Positions 1-13,379 of a stretch of 64,000 bases of DNA are shown piece by piece (the stretch's first letter is position 1; each line of letters opens with the position of its first letter). This DNA is from Camelus dromedarius (lineage: Eukaryota). Location: positions 15,686,001-15,750,000 of the forward strand of contig NC_087436.1 in the NCBI RefSeq assembly GCF_036321535.1. Reading direction: 5' to 3'. Under the pieces are notes generated by a model that did not search any database, was not told the origin of the DNA, and was given only the letters and a program-made list of their open reading frames with translations. The position numbers were made by a program, and so were the translations under genes.

Positions 1-1010
1 TACTTTTGAATTAGACAAAGTGATTTTAAATTTTATAAGGAAGAACAAGAGTAACCAAGGCAATTTTGAAGATCAAGACTGGGAGGTGGACTCTTGTAAG
101 TAATTAAGACGGTGTTTTATCATCAGAGAAATGGGTCAAGAAAACAGAATAGAGAATCCACCAAAGAGGTGGAGACACACAGTTCTGTATTGTGTGCTGG
201 ATGGAGGTGGTAGAACAGATCAGTGGGGAAAGTGAACATGTCAACGACTGTTGCAGGAAAAACTGATCACCCATATTTTTAAAAGTCATTTTCTTATGTA
301 AGGTAGAATCTAAAGACATAAAAATAAAAAGTAAAACAAATATTTTGAAGAAATACGTGAGAATATCTTTATGAATTTCGCGTAGGGGATGAGTTTCTAA
401 ACAAGTCTCAACAATTACAAACCACAATGAGAAAGACTGATAAATTTGACTAAGTGAAAATTTAAAACGTATGTACATAAATGCAGCAAAAGCATGTGAA
501 AAGTCACGACTGCACGGCACAATGGCAGCAACAGTGCACGTCCAACATAAATAAACTGCCCATCAGAAAGAAGAAGACAAATAGGGCAGGGAGCTCAGGA
601 AAGATGAAACCTAAGGAGCCAACTAATAATTTGAAAAGATTCCTGACCTTGCTTCTACTAAGAAGATGTGGACCAGTGTGATAATGAGATACCATTTCAC
701 CTCCATTGAGTTGGTGCAGAAATCTCAAAGACTGATGGTAACAAGTATGTGTGAGAATAATGTGGTATATCCTGTTCAGAGAGTAATTGAGTAATTGCCC
801 ATAACCATACAACCCAGCCGCTATCTTACACCCTGGAGAAATTCTGTCTCATGTGCCAAAGGAACGTGTACTGGAGTGTTGAGAGTAGCACTGTTCGGAC
901 TAAGGAAACTACAGCTATGTGTGACAACAGAGAGGAAACTCAGAAACAGAGTTTTGGATGATAAAATGCAAGCTGTAGAAGACAGATAGGTTCAGTATGA
1001 TACCATTTAT
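1..1010 (+). mobile_element. Old L1 (L1M/L1ME-type) ORF2 3' end and 3' UTR fragment
   Basis: A-rich decayed sequence resembling the L1 ORF2 C-terminal region (e.g. agaatagagaatcca, atgagataccatttcac). Confidence 0.65.
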
Positions 1011-1016
1011 ATAAAG

Positions 1017-1229
1017 TAGAGGTCAGCAAATGGGCCAAATCTGGCTTGCCACCTGTTATCGAAAATAAAGTTTTATGGAATCTCAGCCATGCCTGTTTGT
1101 CTGCACACTGTCTGCGGTTGCTTTTGCATGGCAACAGCAGAGTTGACGGGTGACAGCAGAAACCATATGGCCCTCAAAGCTGGAAATATTTACTATCTGA
1201 CCTTTATAGAAAAAGTTTGCCAACTCCAG
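1017..1229 (+). mobile_element. MER58A-like hAT-Charlie MITE
   Basis: ggtcagcaaa...gggccaaatctggc...aataaagttttatggaa...gaaaaagtttgccaactcc, with terminal inverted repeats. Confidence 0.8.
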
Positions 1230-1471
1230 ACATAGAAAAAGTTTGCACACTCCCTTTATCACAGGTGAGACTCGAACAATATGTTCTTTATTGTATTTTT
1301 ATGGCTACGTATATATGTATATGTATTTTACATCACTATGTATATTTTTTAAGTAAAAGTATACAAAAATGCACATGGAACTGATAAATTGTGAATTTAG
1401 GATATTGACTATCAAAGGAATAGGTTAGGAAAGTGTACACAGGGAGCCTGAAGTGTATCTATACTGCTTTC

Positions 1472-1600
1472 TTTTTTTAATTGAAATGTAGTTGCTTTAC
1501 AATCTTGTATTAGTTTCTGATAAGCAGTATAGTGATTTGCTTATACATATATATATTCTTTTTCATTGTAGATTATTACAATATATTAAATGTAATTTAT
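1472..1600 (-). mobile_element. Short young L1 3' tail
   Basis: Poly-T followed by aattgaaatgtagttgctttacaat..., the same tail family as the other copies. Confidence 0.65.
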
Positions 1601-3910
1601 ACCATTTTATTTCTTAAGCTAATTTTTGGGCTTTGCCTATCTACACTTTTTTTAAATCCTGAAAAATTTTATAATTAATTTAAAGGTCTCCAAGAAGAAC
1701 TTGAGTTCTATGGTACCAATAGTGATGTTTTTACAGGGCATGAACATAAAATTGAGGGAAATTTTCTTTGATTGTTTTTTCTGAAATAGGAAAATAAAAA
1801 TGAGGAAATAATCAAGAATGTTCAGAAAAAAACATGATCAAACACTGTTTCCATTTCATCTCTATTCATAGTCTTCTCCTGTAATTCCCTCTACTCGAAG
1901 CACTGTTTATTGCTCTGTGGATTTTTATCTTATTTTGTTACCTAAGAGTAAACGAGTAACATAAAAACATTTCTTAGTAGTACAGAAATATGTGGTGTCT
2001 GTCTTTATTCCACAGGCAACTTTTAATGAAAGAGTCTAGTGGCTCAGTGTCTATCTTAGACTTTCTATGCACATGTATAGTATATGTTCAAGGAATATTT
2101 AGAATAAATGGGAATATGTGTGTGTGTGTGTGTGGGTAGTGTATATATGTATACATATATGTATATATATTCATGCCAACTTGCTCTTTTCACTTGTATT
2201 TTAGAAATACACTTCATTATATTTTTTAACTGCTACGTAGAGTTTTCTAGTGTAGTTATATTACTATTTATTTAATCAGTCCTTTATTGGTAGCGTTTGA
2301 ATTGCTTATTGATAGCATCACAGGAAAGGTGCTGCGAAAAACACTGTTATGTTCATATCTTTGTGTGTATATATATATATGTGAGGAAACCTCTATTGCT
2401 TCTTCCAAGATAAATTTTTTTCTCGAGTTTCTGTTGAACTCCTATTCTCATTCATAATTAAATTTTGAAATTTTATATACCTTACATTTCTCTTTTCTTC
2501 CCAAATCTCAGATGGCTTTGTGGTGGTTTGGTGCCCATGCAGGTTCAGTAGGGCCTGTTTCAACCCCCGTCGCCATAACGTGGCCTGAAATGTCACCCAC
2601 GCAGGGAAGAACTCGAACTCAACATGCAGAATATTTATAGCACGTAGGTTAGTGCTCTCAGAATTAATAGTTGATGTTAAAACTCAGAGCAACCACTTTA
2701 TCATTAACAACTTGAAAGGGGCTTGGTTTTCTGCACTGGTACCCTGTTGCTGGTCTTATAAAGATGCTGAAGATTTTATTATGACACTTTACCATTATCA
2801 CATTATGGTTTGAATAGATTAGCTAAAAGCAGAAGATTTAACTTGTCTTTGCTTTTCTCCTTTCTAAATATGTCTATTAAAATGTCATGCTCTGCTGGGC
2901 TTAGTTTAGCTACTGTAATTCTGTAGCGTTTCCCTGCCCATGTGTTTTGATTTCTGCACCTCTATAAACTATAGCCTGTATGTAATTACTTTCTGGCATT
3001 ATGTTTTCTCAGCTATCAGAGAAACATTACTTTTGCTACAGACTCTGTAATGCTGTAAACGAGGGGAAAAATTAAAGTGTATACAGGTTTTGTAGGAAAA
3101 AATCCTTTTGCAATGGGAGATGTGAAAGGATTACTAACATTTTATGTCATTCTACAGAGAATATGTGTATTTTATCGTGGTTTTAAGAAATGTGACTTTA
3201 GTATTTCCCCTTAGTGTGATGGGAATGAAAATGAAGCATTTGTATGGTCTATCAGTTGGGTAATTGAAGAGTTTTATCAGCTGGCCTACCACTACCATAG
3301 TATTTAGTGTGGGGCTTCTCTGAAGTTGTTTCAAATTAAACTATCAGCAGGCAGTTAACTTTGGAACAGCAGCTGGTCCTGTGTTTGTGACTTTTTCTCT
3401 AGACTGGCATGTGTAGCCACCCACCTGTCAGCAGTCCAGGGAGCATGTGGACATATTGGCCCTCAAATGTTTTCATCCTGATTCTTTTCTCTCTTTCCCT
3501 TGGGCTATATTTTATATTAGTTCTTTACTTTTCTACAGTATAGTTTAGAAGCAGTTATTTACACAGTTCTGCACAATCTATATTAATAGCCTTTAGTTGA
3601 GTGAACTCTGTATACATCTTTGTGGATCTTGGTCTGCCCGTAAGTTTTGATTTTACCTCGACTAATCAATATTCTTACACAACTGGACTTTAACTTTTTA
3701 TTTAAATATTTTCCCTACTGGCAGAGAATGTATCACTGTTCTTCAAAGGTATTGAATAGGACTATAAGTGACAAAAGCGTACTAACTCCTGGAAGAATCT
3801 TAATGTGGACAGAATTGCTTAAACAGTCACTCAGTAACCTAAGCACCTGTTATGCCATTAACAGTGAACTGCTTTTGATCAAAATTCAGTCTTGTTTGAT
3901 ACATAAAATC

Positions 3911-4612
3911 TTTCTTTTTTTTTAATTGAAGTAGAGTTAATTTGCAATATTGTGTTAGTTTCAGGTATACACTTAAGTGATTTAGATATATATATATATC
4001 AGATTATTTTCCAGTAAAGGATATTACAAGGTATTGAATATACTTCCCTGAGCTGTACAGTAAATCCTCATTGCTTATCTCTTTTATGTTTAGTAGTAGT
4101 TTGTATCTGTTAATCCCATACTCCTAATTTATCCCTCCATTTCTCCCTTTCCCCTCTGGTAACCATACTCTTGTTTTCTGTCTAAGATTCTGGTTTTGTT
4201 TTGTACATAGATTCATTTGTATTATTTTTAGATTCCACATATAAGTGATATTATATAATATCTGTCTTCCTCTGTTGCACTGACTTAGTATGATATTCTG
4301 TAGGTCCATCCATGTTGCTGCAAATGGTAATATTTCATTCTTTTCATGGCTGACTGATAGTCCATTGTGTGTATATGTATGTTTGTGTGTGTGTGTGTAA
4401 CACATCTTCTTAAACCAGTTGTCTGTTGACAGACACTTGGGTTGTTTCTTCATCTTGGCTACTGTAAATAGCACTTCTGTGAACATTGGGATGCATGTAT
4501 CTTTTCAAATTAGAGTTTTCATCTTTTCCAGATACATGCCTAGGGGTGGGATTGCTGGATCATATGGTAGCTCTGTTTTTAGGTTTAGGTTTTTGAGGCG
4601 CTTCCATAATGT
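3911..4612 (-). mobile_element. 5'-truncated young L1 (3' UTR plus ORF2 end)
   Basis: Poly-T tail; minus-strand ORFs translate to L1-like ELPYDPAIP and FAATWMDL. Confidence 0.9.
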
Positions 4613-5259
4613 CATAAAACCAGTCTTGAAACCAGATATCAGACCTGGTCCCAAAAATACAGTTTCAAGGTTGAGGACTTCCTTTTTGATGAGGGGGTTC
4701 TCTAGGTACCAAATCAGAGCTTTCAGTTCTGCCCTGTGACAAGTTTTTGTCACTTTCCTTCTCATCCCATTTGTAGAGCAGCTCAGGAGATGCAGAGTGA
4801 GCCTGGCCACCCTTGGACAGCACTTCTAAGTGCAGCAAAAATAAGGCAGGCATGCCAAAGAAGGACTTGTGTGTGACTCTCTCTGTTTGGAAAGGAGGAT
4901 TGAGAATCAGTACCCTTTGGTAATTAAGAAAAATGAAAGAATAGAAGGAAAGTATCGATTGTCTGAATGCTTCAGAGTAACACTGTGTCTAAAATACAAA
5001 TATCCTACCGATTGTATACCTTTCCTGGAGATAAAATTGTCCCTGGCACCCTGCCTTGTGCAGGTGGTTCAGGGATGCTATCAAGGAAAGACAAGCGGCC
5101 TCAAAGTTTATCACCATTTCTTGCCCATTAGCTTCTCTTTGGTTACAGATTCCAAATAGAAGCTCCAAATAGAAAAAGTCATTATAAGCTGAACTGCACC
5201 CTTCAGAATTTTTCCATATGGTGAATTCCTATTTTAACACCATTTAAAAAAAATTTAAG

Positions 5260-5890
5260 TGAAATTATATTCATTTTTTCTGATTATAAAGCAGAATATG
5301 TTCATGATAGAAAATTTGGAAAAAACAAGTACTGTATAAAAGAAAAGAAAATCATATATAATCCCATCTCCTCATAGTTAATTGCTATTATATTTTGATG
5401 TATTTCTTTCTGGTTTTTATCTTTTCAAAAAGATACTATAATTTTAACATAAAGGCTCATGAAGATACTGTTTTTAAATTACTGTTTTCATTAAACATTA
5501 TATCATGAACATTTTCCCATTTCAGTAAATACTCTTATAATTGGTGTATTTTTTGAAGACATAATTGGGATCACACTGTACATACATACATAATGTATAA
5601 AAGCTTTTTTCATGAAACAATAGTTTATAAACATTTCCCATGATATGATTTTTAATGGTATTCCATTACGTAGGTATGCCAAACTTTATTTTCCTATTTT
5701 CAGACATTTAGGTTATTTTCAATTTTTGGTATTATAAACAATGCTGTGATAAGATTCTTAAACCTTCATTTTAATGGACCATCCCTGATTACCTCCTTAT
5801 GATAAATTCCTAGCAGTGGATTTAATAGATCAAAATTAATAGATCAGAAACATTGTAAGAGTTTTCATACATACTGCCAAATTGCCTCAG
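5260..5890 (-). mobile_element. Old L1ME-like fragments
   Basis: Decayed gacatttaggttattttcaatttt...aacaatgctgtgat...atactgccaaattgcc. Confidence 0.6.
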
Positions 5891-6419
5891 TAAAAGAGAC
5901 ATTCTTAGCAGTATAAATTTCTTCAAAGAGCTTCCCTTGCCCTGTGTTGCTTATGGATGAACCAGAAGGAAGTAACCAATAGGAATATTGTTTCTTACAA
6001 TTTGCCTCATATTTTTATGTTAGAATGCTCAGATTGTTAACCATGACTCATTTCTGTAATTTTTATCTCATGCCCCAAAACAATACTTTCCAAAGGAATC
6101 TTGTACTAATCCACAGCCTCTGGAGGTCCCCTTGCCCGGGCTTTTCAGAGGCCCATCCAAGGGCATTCAGGAGTCGGGTCACCTGGATTAGAGGCAAAGA
6201 CGTCAATGTACACGCCTTGAGCCTGTATTTGAAATCAGAACTATCTGTGCTCAAGTTTGGGGAACTTTTAGGATAATCCAGACGAATACAAAAAATACTC
6301 CCAGATCAAGCTTGGAGAACTTTTGGGGGCCATCCAAAATGAATTTTAAAAAAATACTTTTTTAGCTGTTTATGCTTTGCTCAAATTGGTAGAATCATTC
6401 AGAGAAGCTGTGGAATAGA

Positions 6420-6590
6420 AAGTGTGATGCTTTGGTCTGAGCATCAGGCTGACTGAATTAGAATCCAGCTTCCCCACTAGGAGCTGGGTTCCCCTGGGCA
6501 AACTTCTTAATGTTTCCGTATCATGTTTTCTCATTTATACACAGGGCTAATAATAGTACCTGTCTCTTAGGGTTATTGTGATGATTATTT
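6420..6590 (+). mobile_element. MIR SINE
   Basis: MIR core-like ctgggcaaacttcttaa...ttttctcatttatacacagggctaataatagtacc. Confidence 0.7.
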
Positions 6591-6596
6591 AGTTGT

Positions 6597-7009
6597 TGGA
6601 TCAGTTAGGGTTCAACCAGAAAAACAGAACCAGCAGGAGATGTACATTAAGGGATTTATTGTAAGGAATTGGCTTATGTGATTGTGGGGCTGGCTGGACA
6701 AGTCAGATATCCATAGGGCAGATACACTGAGAAGGGGCTGGACCTTACATACATGGACTGAAGCTTATGTCAACAGGCAGGATTTTTTTCTTTATCAGGG
6801 AAGACTCAGCTCTGCTCTTAAAGCCTTTCAACCAATTGAATCCAGCCCACCCAGATTATCTAGGATAATCTCCCATACTTAAAGTCAACTGATAATGAAC
6901 TTTAACCACATCTACATAAATACCTTCACAGCAACATGTAAATTAATGTTTGATTGAATAGTTGGGGACTATAGCCTTGCCAAGTTGACACATAAAATTG
7001 ACCATCATA
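6597..7009 (-). mobile_element. MLT2-like (ERVL) solo LTR
   Basis: agggttcaaccagaaaaacagaacc...gccaagttgacacataaaattgaccatcata; 5-bp TSD gttgt/gttgc (6592-6596, 7010-7014). Confidence 0.8.
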
Positions 7010-9039
7010 GTTGCTTTGGATCTCAGTTAAGCAAACTGAACCCACCTGGGAATGAGTTTCAGTGTTATCTCTACTTTTCAAGGTCAAGGCTCTTTAAATC
7101 TCCACAACTGAGAAGTTCTGTCTGGCAAATCTATTTGATATCTGTTAGTTTTGTCAGAAGTAACTGTACAGTTGTATTATTCATGATCCCGAAGCATTCT
7201 CTCCACTGGAGCTGCACTGTGTGGTCGTAGCAGGATTCTACAGAGGGGCATAAACCGCATCTGCATGAATACCCTGACCTGCATGGCACCTGCTCTGCGC
7301 ACAGCCCAGCTGCCCTTGGTGCCTGGATAAGCACACTGCTGCACGCCTGCTTTCTGCAGACTTGATAAAGTCTGGGATTGTCAGGAACTGTTGAGTGGTC
7401 CCACAGCCTTCTGACATAGTGACAAGATAGCTTTGGCTGCTTGTAGAAAAGATACACATTCAGTCCTCTCTTTTCCCTAGTGCTGATTCTCCCACATAGC
7501 AGACGAACTTCTTTGGGGGAAGTTAGTTGCATTCCTTTGAGCGTGATAAACCCTAACCTCCCCTCAATCTGAATACAGACTGTCTTCGTTCCTCCCCTCA
7601 CAGTAGGAAAGGGTAGGCCACCTGAGAAGTAAAGTAGCTGATGGAAAAAGTACAGGAGACATTGTTTGGGTTCTTCCTGGTGGTCTTAGGTTTCAAAGCT
7701 TTTAACGGTCATTCTGGAAACAACCGCTGTAGTTGATCCTCTTGTGGGTTCCTTAGGCCTACGTTTCAGTGTTTGTTTCCATGGTTTTGAACAGTGGAAT
7801 GTTAATACAGTAAGACTTAATCTTGCTTCATTAAATAGCGCTGGTTGCAATGCAACCAGCCCTTGCCTGCTTCTCGTAAGTACTGCCTCCCAGCTAAAGG
7901 ATAGACAGCTGTGACCAGCTTTCCACGTGGCCCTACTCCATTTGGCCATATCTGGTGGACTTCTGACTTACATGCTGTGATAATCAAGTTCTTTCTCTTG
8001 AAAGTTTAAACCAAAGATGGAGCTGAGAGCCATGAGAATTATTTAGATTTGGGGCTCAGTGGGGCATATATGCTGATGAACACTGGCCAGGTATGCTGAT
8101 GAACACACAGAAAGAGTCCATTTGTAGCAGGAGAAGCAGGGATGGTGTGGTCTCAGAAGAAGAGAGCTTGTGTAAGAAGCTGCCTTGTTTCCCAGTGCCG
8201 CATGAAGCTCAGCTTGCACTTCCTGTTTGGGAGAATTCCTGAGATACCCTTATATGCTCATAATTAAAATCCCTTTTATTTAATTCCAGTTTAAAGGGTT
8301 TTCATTGCTATTGACCTCACAAGATAATATGATGACATCAGAAGAAATAACAACAATATTGTAATTTAGAAATAACAGTTATTTACTTACATTGGCTTTA
8401 GGACTATCCCAGACTACAGCTTTGATTCTAAGATTTATTTCCACATAGGTTAGGGTGCCACGAGTATATTGAAAGAACAGAGCAGAACAGTACTTTGAAG
8501 CATTTATGTACAAACCAAAGCCCTGCCGTATAATATATTGTGTGGAAAGGGAAATGTATTGCTTCTCTTATGAACACTGGTACCAGACCTGTGCCTTGGT
8601 GAGTAATAGAAGGCTTTGTTGTTTTTTTCTTCTTCAACCAACAAAAGGCAAAAGGCAAAACAAACAAACCAACCTCTTTAATGTGGGATCTCCTAAAACA
8701 CAAAAAATAGCCAGACCCATGAATTTTCAAGCATATGTTTGCATATACTCTTTGCCATGTTATATATTATGAATAAATCCCAGAACCGATGAGAGTCTTA
8801 AATTATTTCCTAATACTCTTCAAGACACCTTCCCTATTCTTCCATGATTTCATGATTTCCTCTGATTGGAATATTCCAGCCATGGATAGTCGGTGAAAGA
8901 AGACAGGTCTCAAGGTTCCTTGGTAATTAATTCACAATTCTCACTTACATAAATGGGGTTTTTGTTTTTTTGTTTTTTGGGGTTTTTTTTTTTTTGGTGT
9001 TTTCCTCTCAACATTTGGTTGTAGGTGAACTTTTTGTGA

Positions 9040-9210
9040 GGCAGTGAAGTACAGTAGCTAAGAACTCAGGCTCTTGAACCAGACCATCCAAGTTCAGACC
9101 CTGGCTTCATCATTTACAAGTTGTGAGACCTTGGACATAAACTCTCTTCTTATCTGTAAAACTGGGATAATAGTAGTGTCTTCCTCTAAGGATGGGTGCA
9201 AGGCATTGGA
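9040..9210 (+). mobile_element. MIR SINE
   Basis: ggcagtgaagtacagtagctaagaac...gagaccttggac...tatctgtaaaactgggataatagt. Confidence 0.75.
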
Positions 9211-9715
9211 CCAGGGCTCGGTAAGGTTAGCTGTCGTTGCCATTGGATCGAGGTGGTTATCAGGTCCAGTTCCCTTCACTTCAGTTCGATTAAGTAATTG
9301 ATTCTTATTGAGGGAAATTCAATTGAGATCTTGGAGTTTTTTTGTTTCACATTTAAAACTTTTTAGAGTAGAGGTATCAAAAGTAAATAAATGAGGCAGG
9401 AAAAAACCCTTTCCGATTTGTATTTGTGGGTTGGCTGTCTTCACACACTGTTGTTTCCCCAGGCTGCCGCCCCACCAGCAAGGATCGTCCCACATTAGCT
9501 AACTTTCTGGTAAAGGTGCTGATGGCGAAGATGAAGGAATCTTTTGCCGCTGTTGTGGATTCCTGTCACGGGAATCCCACCTTGTCTTTCTTAGATTGTT
9601 GGTGTCTGGGTTGTGGTTTATGGGAATGAGGTGGGATTAGGAATAGAGACTGGAAACATGTCTTAGATACTGACCCCATCGTCAGCAGTTATGTTTCTTT
9701 CCTCCTGTCTCCACC

Positions 9716-9776
9716 TTCTTATTTTCTTTTCTTTTCTTTCCTTTTCTTTTCTTTTCGTTTCTTTTCTTTTCTTTTC
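9716..9776. repeat. (TTTTC)n simple repeat
   Basis: Directly visible. Confidence 0.9.
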
Positions 9777-10664
9777 AAATTCCAGGAAGAATCCTAAATA
9801 CCATTCTGACTGGGTTCAGCTCCCACTGAACAGCTGTACATCTCTCCTAGGGAAACTGTGACCCCATTTTTAACAGAGTGTTTGTCTGGAAGCAAAATGT
9901 GTAACGTTCTCACACCACCTTCAGGTGTTTGGGGGGCTGTCCTCTCTCTGCCACTCCATTAATAAAACAGGAATGATATTTGGTGGGGTGAAAGGTAGTG
10001 GGACTTAATACATCTTCTTTTTTGAAAGTAAGGTTAAGAAAAATCAAGTCTATCTATCCATCTGCCTGCCTGTCTGTCTGTCCACCTACCTACCTGTCCA
10101 TCCGTCTGTCCATCCTCATGTTCATTTCAGTTGATTTCTGTTGTAAGGAATTCTTGTAACAGGAAGAGCCATGGCCCGGGAAACAATTAGCATATCTTAG
10201 AGACATTATTAAGGTGACGTAGGCATTGGTGGCAGATGTGAGCAGAATGATCTTGAGTGCCACTGGAAGTCTGAATCAGTCCTGGAGTGCTGTGTCAGGC
10301 CAGTTCTAGAAATGCTAACCCTGGACTAGCCGGGAGACTGGGGAATGGCTCTGGCTTTGGCTGCTGCAGGGAGGTAAATGTTAACTATTCATATCTGCAC
10401 AGTCCTGCCACTCAGAATCTATTATATTATTTCTTAAAGTTTGGTTGTACTTTACCCTCTCTTTTAATTATATTTCATTTGAATTGACATTCATGATTTG
10501 TTTTATTTTTGTGATATTTTTTAAAGATTCCAGATATCCTTAGGTTGTTCCCCACTTTCTAATTTGTATTAAAATTGCTTGATTTAGAAAGAAAGAGAGC
10601 TTGCCTATTTACTTTTCTGTCTTCTCCACTTAAGTATAAGTTCTTTTCTTTTTCCCCACTGGAT

Positions 10665-12830
10665 TTCTTTTCTATTTTATTTGTTTAATTGAAGTACAGT
10701 CAGTTACAATGTGTCAGTTTCTGGTGTACATCACAGTGTCCCAGTCCTGCACGTACATAAATATATTTGTTTTCATATTCTTTTTCATTAAAGGTTATTA
10801 CAAGATACTGATTATAGTTCCCTGTGCTATACAGAAGAAATCTGGTAGGTTTTTTAAATCTGTTTTTATATATAGTGGCTAACATTTGCAAATCTCAAAC
10901 TCCTAATTTATCCCTTCCCACCCCTTTCCTTTGGTAACCATAAGATTGTTTACTATGTCTGTGAGTATGTTTCTGTTTTGTAGATGAGTTCATTAGTATC
11001 CTCTTTTTTTCTTTTTCTTTTTCTTTTCTTTTTTTTTTTTTTTTTTTAGATTCCACATATGAGTGATATCATACGGTATTTTTCTCCCCGTTTCTGGCTT
11101 ACTTCACTTAGAATGATGATCTCTAGGTCAAACCATGTTGCTGCAAATGGCATTATTTTATTCTTTTTTTATGGCTGAGTAGTATTCTGTTGTATAAATA
11201 CACCACAGCTTCTTTATCCAGTCATCTGTCGATGGACATTGAGGTTACTTCCATGTCTTGGCTATTGTATATAGTGCTGCTGTGAACAGTAGGGTGCATG
11301 TGTGTTTTCAACTTAGAGTTCCCTCCAGATAGATGCCCAGGAATAGGGTTGCTGGATCATATGATAAGTCTATTTTTAGTATTTTGAGGAATCTCCTGTG
11401 AGTTCATCACCAGTTGTGGGTTCTGGCCTACAGAAGTCCCACTGAGATGGAATGAATTACTCGAGACTCTGGAAAAACTCAAGAGAGTGAGAGGGAGTTG
11501 GGAGCCAACTCCATGAACCTCTCAAATGCTCCCACATTTATTGTGTACAATCAAAGGAGAAATCACTAACAGTTGTGTGATGGAATGCAGGAATTTAAGG
11601 AATGACAGGGTGGGATAGAGATTGTAGAAATCACAGTGAGTACAAAGGCTTTGTTTATTGTTGGTGTTGCAATATCGATGTACACACTAACACCTTGCGG
11701 AGAGAGCTGATGGCTTCTCTAAAGTTACATAGTCTTATATAGCAAAGAAGAATGATAAGGGAAATGGTTAACAGGCAGTGTCCAGCTCAAGGTCAGAAGA
11801 CCATTTATGTTTTGGTAAATCATGTTCGTGTTGGCACCAGTGAGCCTTACAGCTTATCAGGGTGGAACGTATGAGAAGCAGCTGCTTAACAACATTTTTC
11901 TTGGACTCAGGTGGCTGTGCCTGTCTTAGGTTGCCCCCCCTCTGGGGATCTTACCCATCATTGGCTAACCAGCCTTCTCACCTCTGAGTCTGCAGCTTTT
12001 TATAACTTGTTTACCATTCCAGCCCAAGGCTCCTTCCTTTGTTCCCACAGTCAGGGAGCAAGGTGGGGGGTGGCTATAGTTTATCTTTAGGGAAGTCATG
12101 GGAAGAGGGGAACAAGATACATTCTTATAGATATGTTAAAGCAGACCACCAGACCAGCCAGTTCCTTGTTTTGGGGATAGAAGACTGATATAAGGCCCAG
12201 TGTTTATAGCTGAGGGCCTGGGTCGTTGGTTTGCCACAAGCAGAGTGCTATCTAAAACCTCAACTATGCAAACAAGGCATTGTCTCTGCTTTTTACGGCA
12301 AGGAGACCAGAGTGCAGATGCATAGGCGCCTGCTTGCAAAGCAGTTACTAAGCACAGTTGTTCTTTAAGAAGACAAGAAGCTGGGGTCTGTTACAATTTG
12401 TTATCCCAGTCATGGGCTCCCACAATCTCCATACTGTTTTCCATGACAGCTGTACAAAGCTACATTCCTACCAGCAATGTAGGAGCATTCCTTTTTCTCC
12501 ACACCCTCTCCAGCATTTATCGTTTGTGGACTTTTAAATGGTGGCCATTGTGACTCGTGTGAGGTGATACCTCACTGTAGTTTTGATTTGCATTTCTCTG
12601 ATAATTAGTGATATTGAGCATTTTTTCATTGACCATTTGTATGTCTTCTTTGGAGAATTGCTTATTTAGGTCTTCTGCCCATTTTTGGATTGGGTTGTTT
12701 GTTTTTTGTTATTAGGTTGTATGAGCTGTTTACATATTCTGGAAATTAAACCATTGTTAGTTTCATTATTTGCAAGTATTTTCTCCTATTCCATAGGTTG
12801 TCATTTTGTTTTGCTTATGGTTTCCTTTCC
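10665..12830 (-). mobile_element. 5'-truncated young L1, interrupted by an LTR at 11397-12424
   Basis: L1 tail at 10665; the L1 text ttttgaggaatctcc resumes as atctccatactgttttcc after the insert. Confidence 0.9.
11397..12424 (-). mobile_element. Solo retroviral LTR (1028 bp), probably ERV2/betaretrovirus class
   Basis: TG...CA termini with imperfect terminal inverted repeats (tgtgagttcatcac / gtcatgggctcccaca) and an exact 6-bp TSD atctcc. Minus-strand TATAAAA near 12000 and AATAAA near 11655 and 11537. Confidence 0.8.
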
Positions 12831-13379
12831 TTTCCTTTAGCTTATAGTGCTAAAGCTGCTGTAAGCTCTTTGAACACAGAGGGTCGTCCTTTTAACTCTT
12901 GTCCCCAGCACCTAGAAGAATCTCTGGAACACAGAATACACTAAGGAAATAATAGTTACTTTAATGACTTTTAAATTCTAAATGTTTATGTTCGCTTAAT
13001 TTGACTGTTAATTCCTTGGGTTTTTTATATTCTATGCTGGAGCAAAAGGGATTTCGATAATTTTCTTTTTGTAAGCTTTTTTGAAGCTGTGTACATGCTG
13101 CTGTCCGTGCAAGGATTCTGGAGAATTTTCATCCCCATAATAGCATTTAGATTTGACCATAGCCTACTATTTCCAGAAAGTGATTGATTATCTGATGGTT
13201 TGAATGTAATTTTAATTATTCAGAAGTCATGAATTTGACATGAACCAATTGCTTTTTTTGTTTTTTTGCCATAGCAAAAAAAAATCTTTAAAAAAAAAAC
13301 TTACAAATTACAGAAGTAATAATGTCTGTTGTATAAAACTTGGAAAAGACAGAGATACAGGTAGATAACAAATCATATG

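Noticed and set aside
2512..2643. Possible 132-nt cryptic exon (ctcag| ... |gtaggt)
   Set aside because: It has an early stop in the phase required by this intron and a modest donor, with no other support.
4124..4810. ORFs with L1-like peptides (also 21806-23190 and 55979-56185)
   Set aside because: Fragments of truncated L1 ORF2 and 3' UTR, not genes.
8069..8106. 15-nt direct repeat tatgctgatgaacac (x2)
   Set aside because: A simple local duplication with only two copies, not an array.
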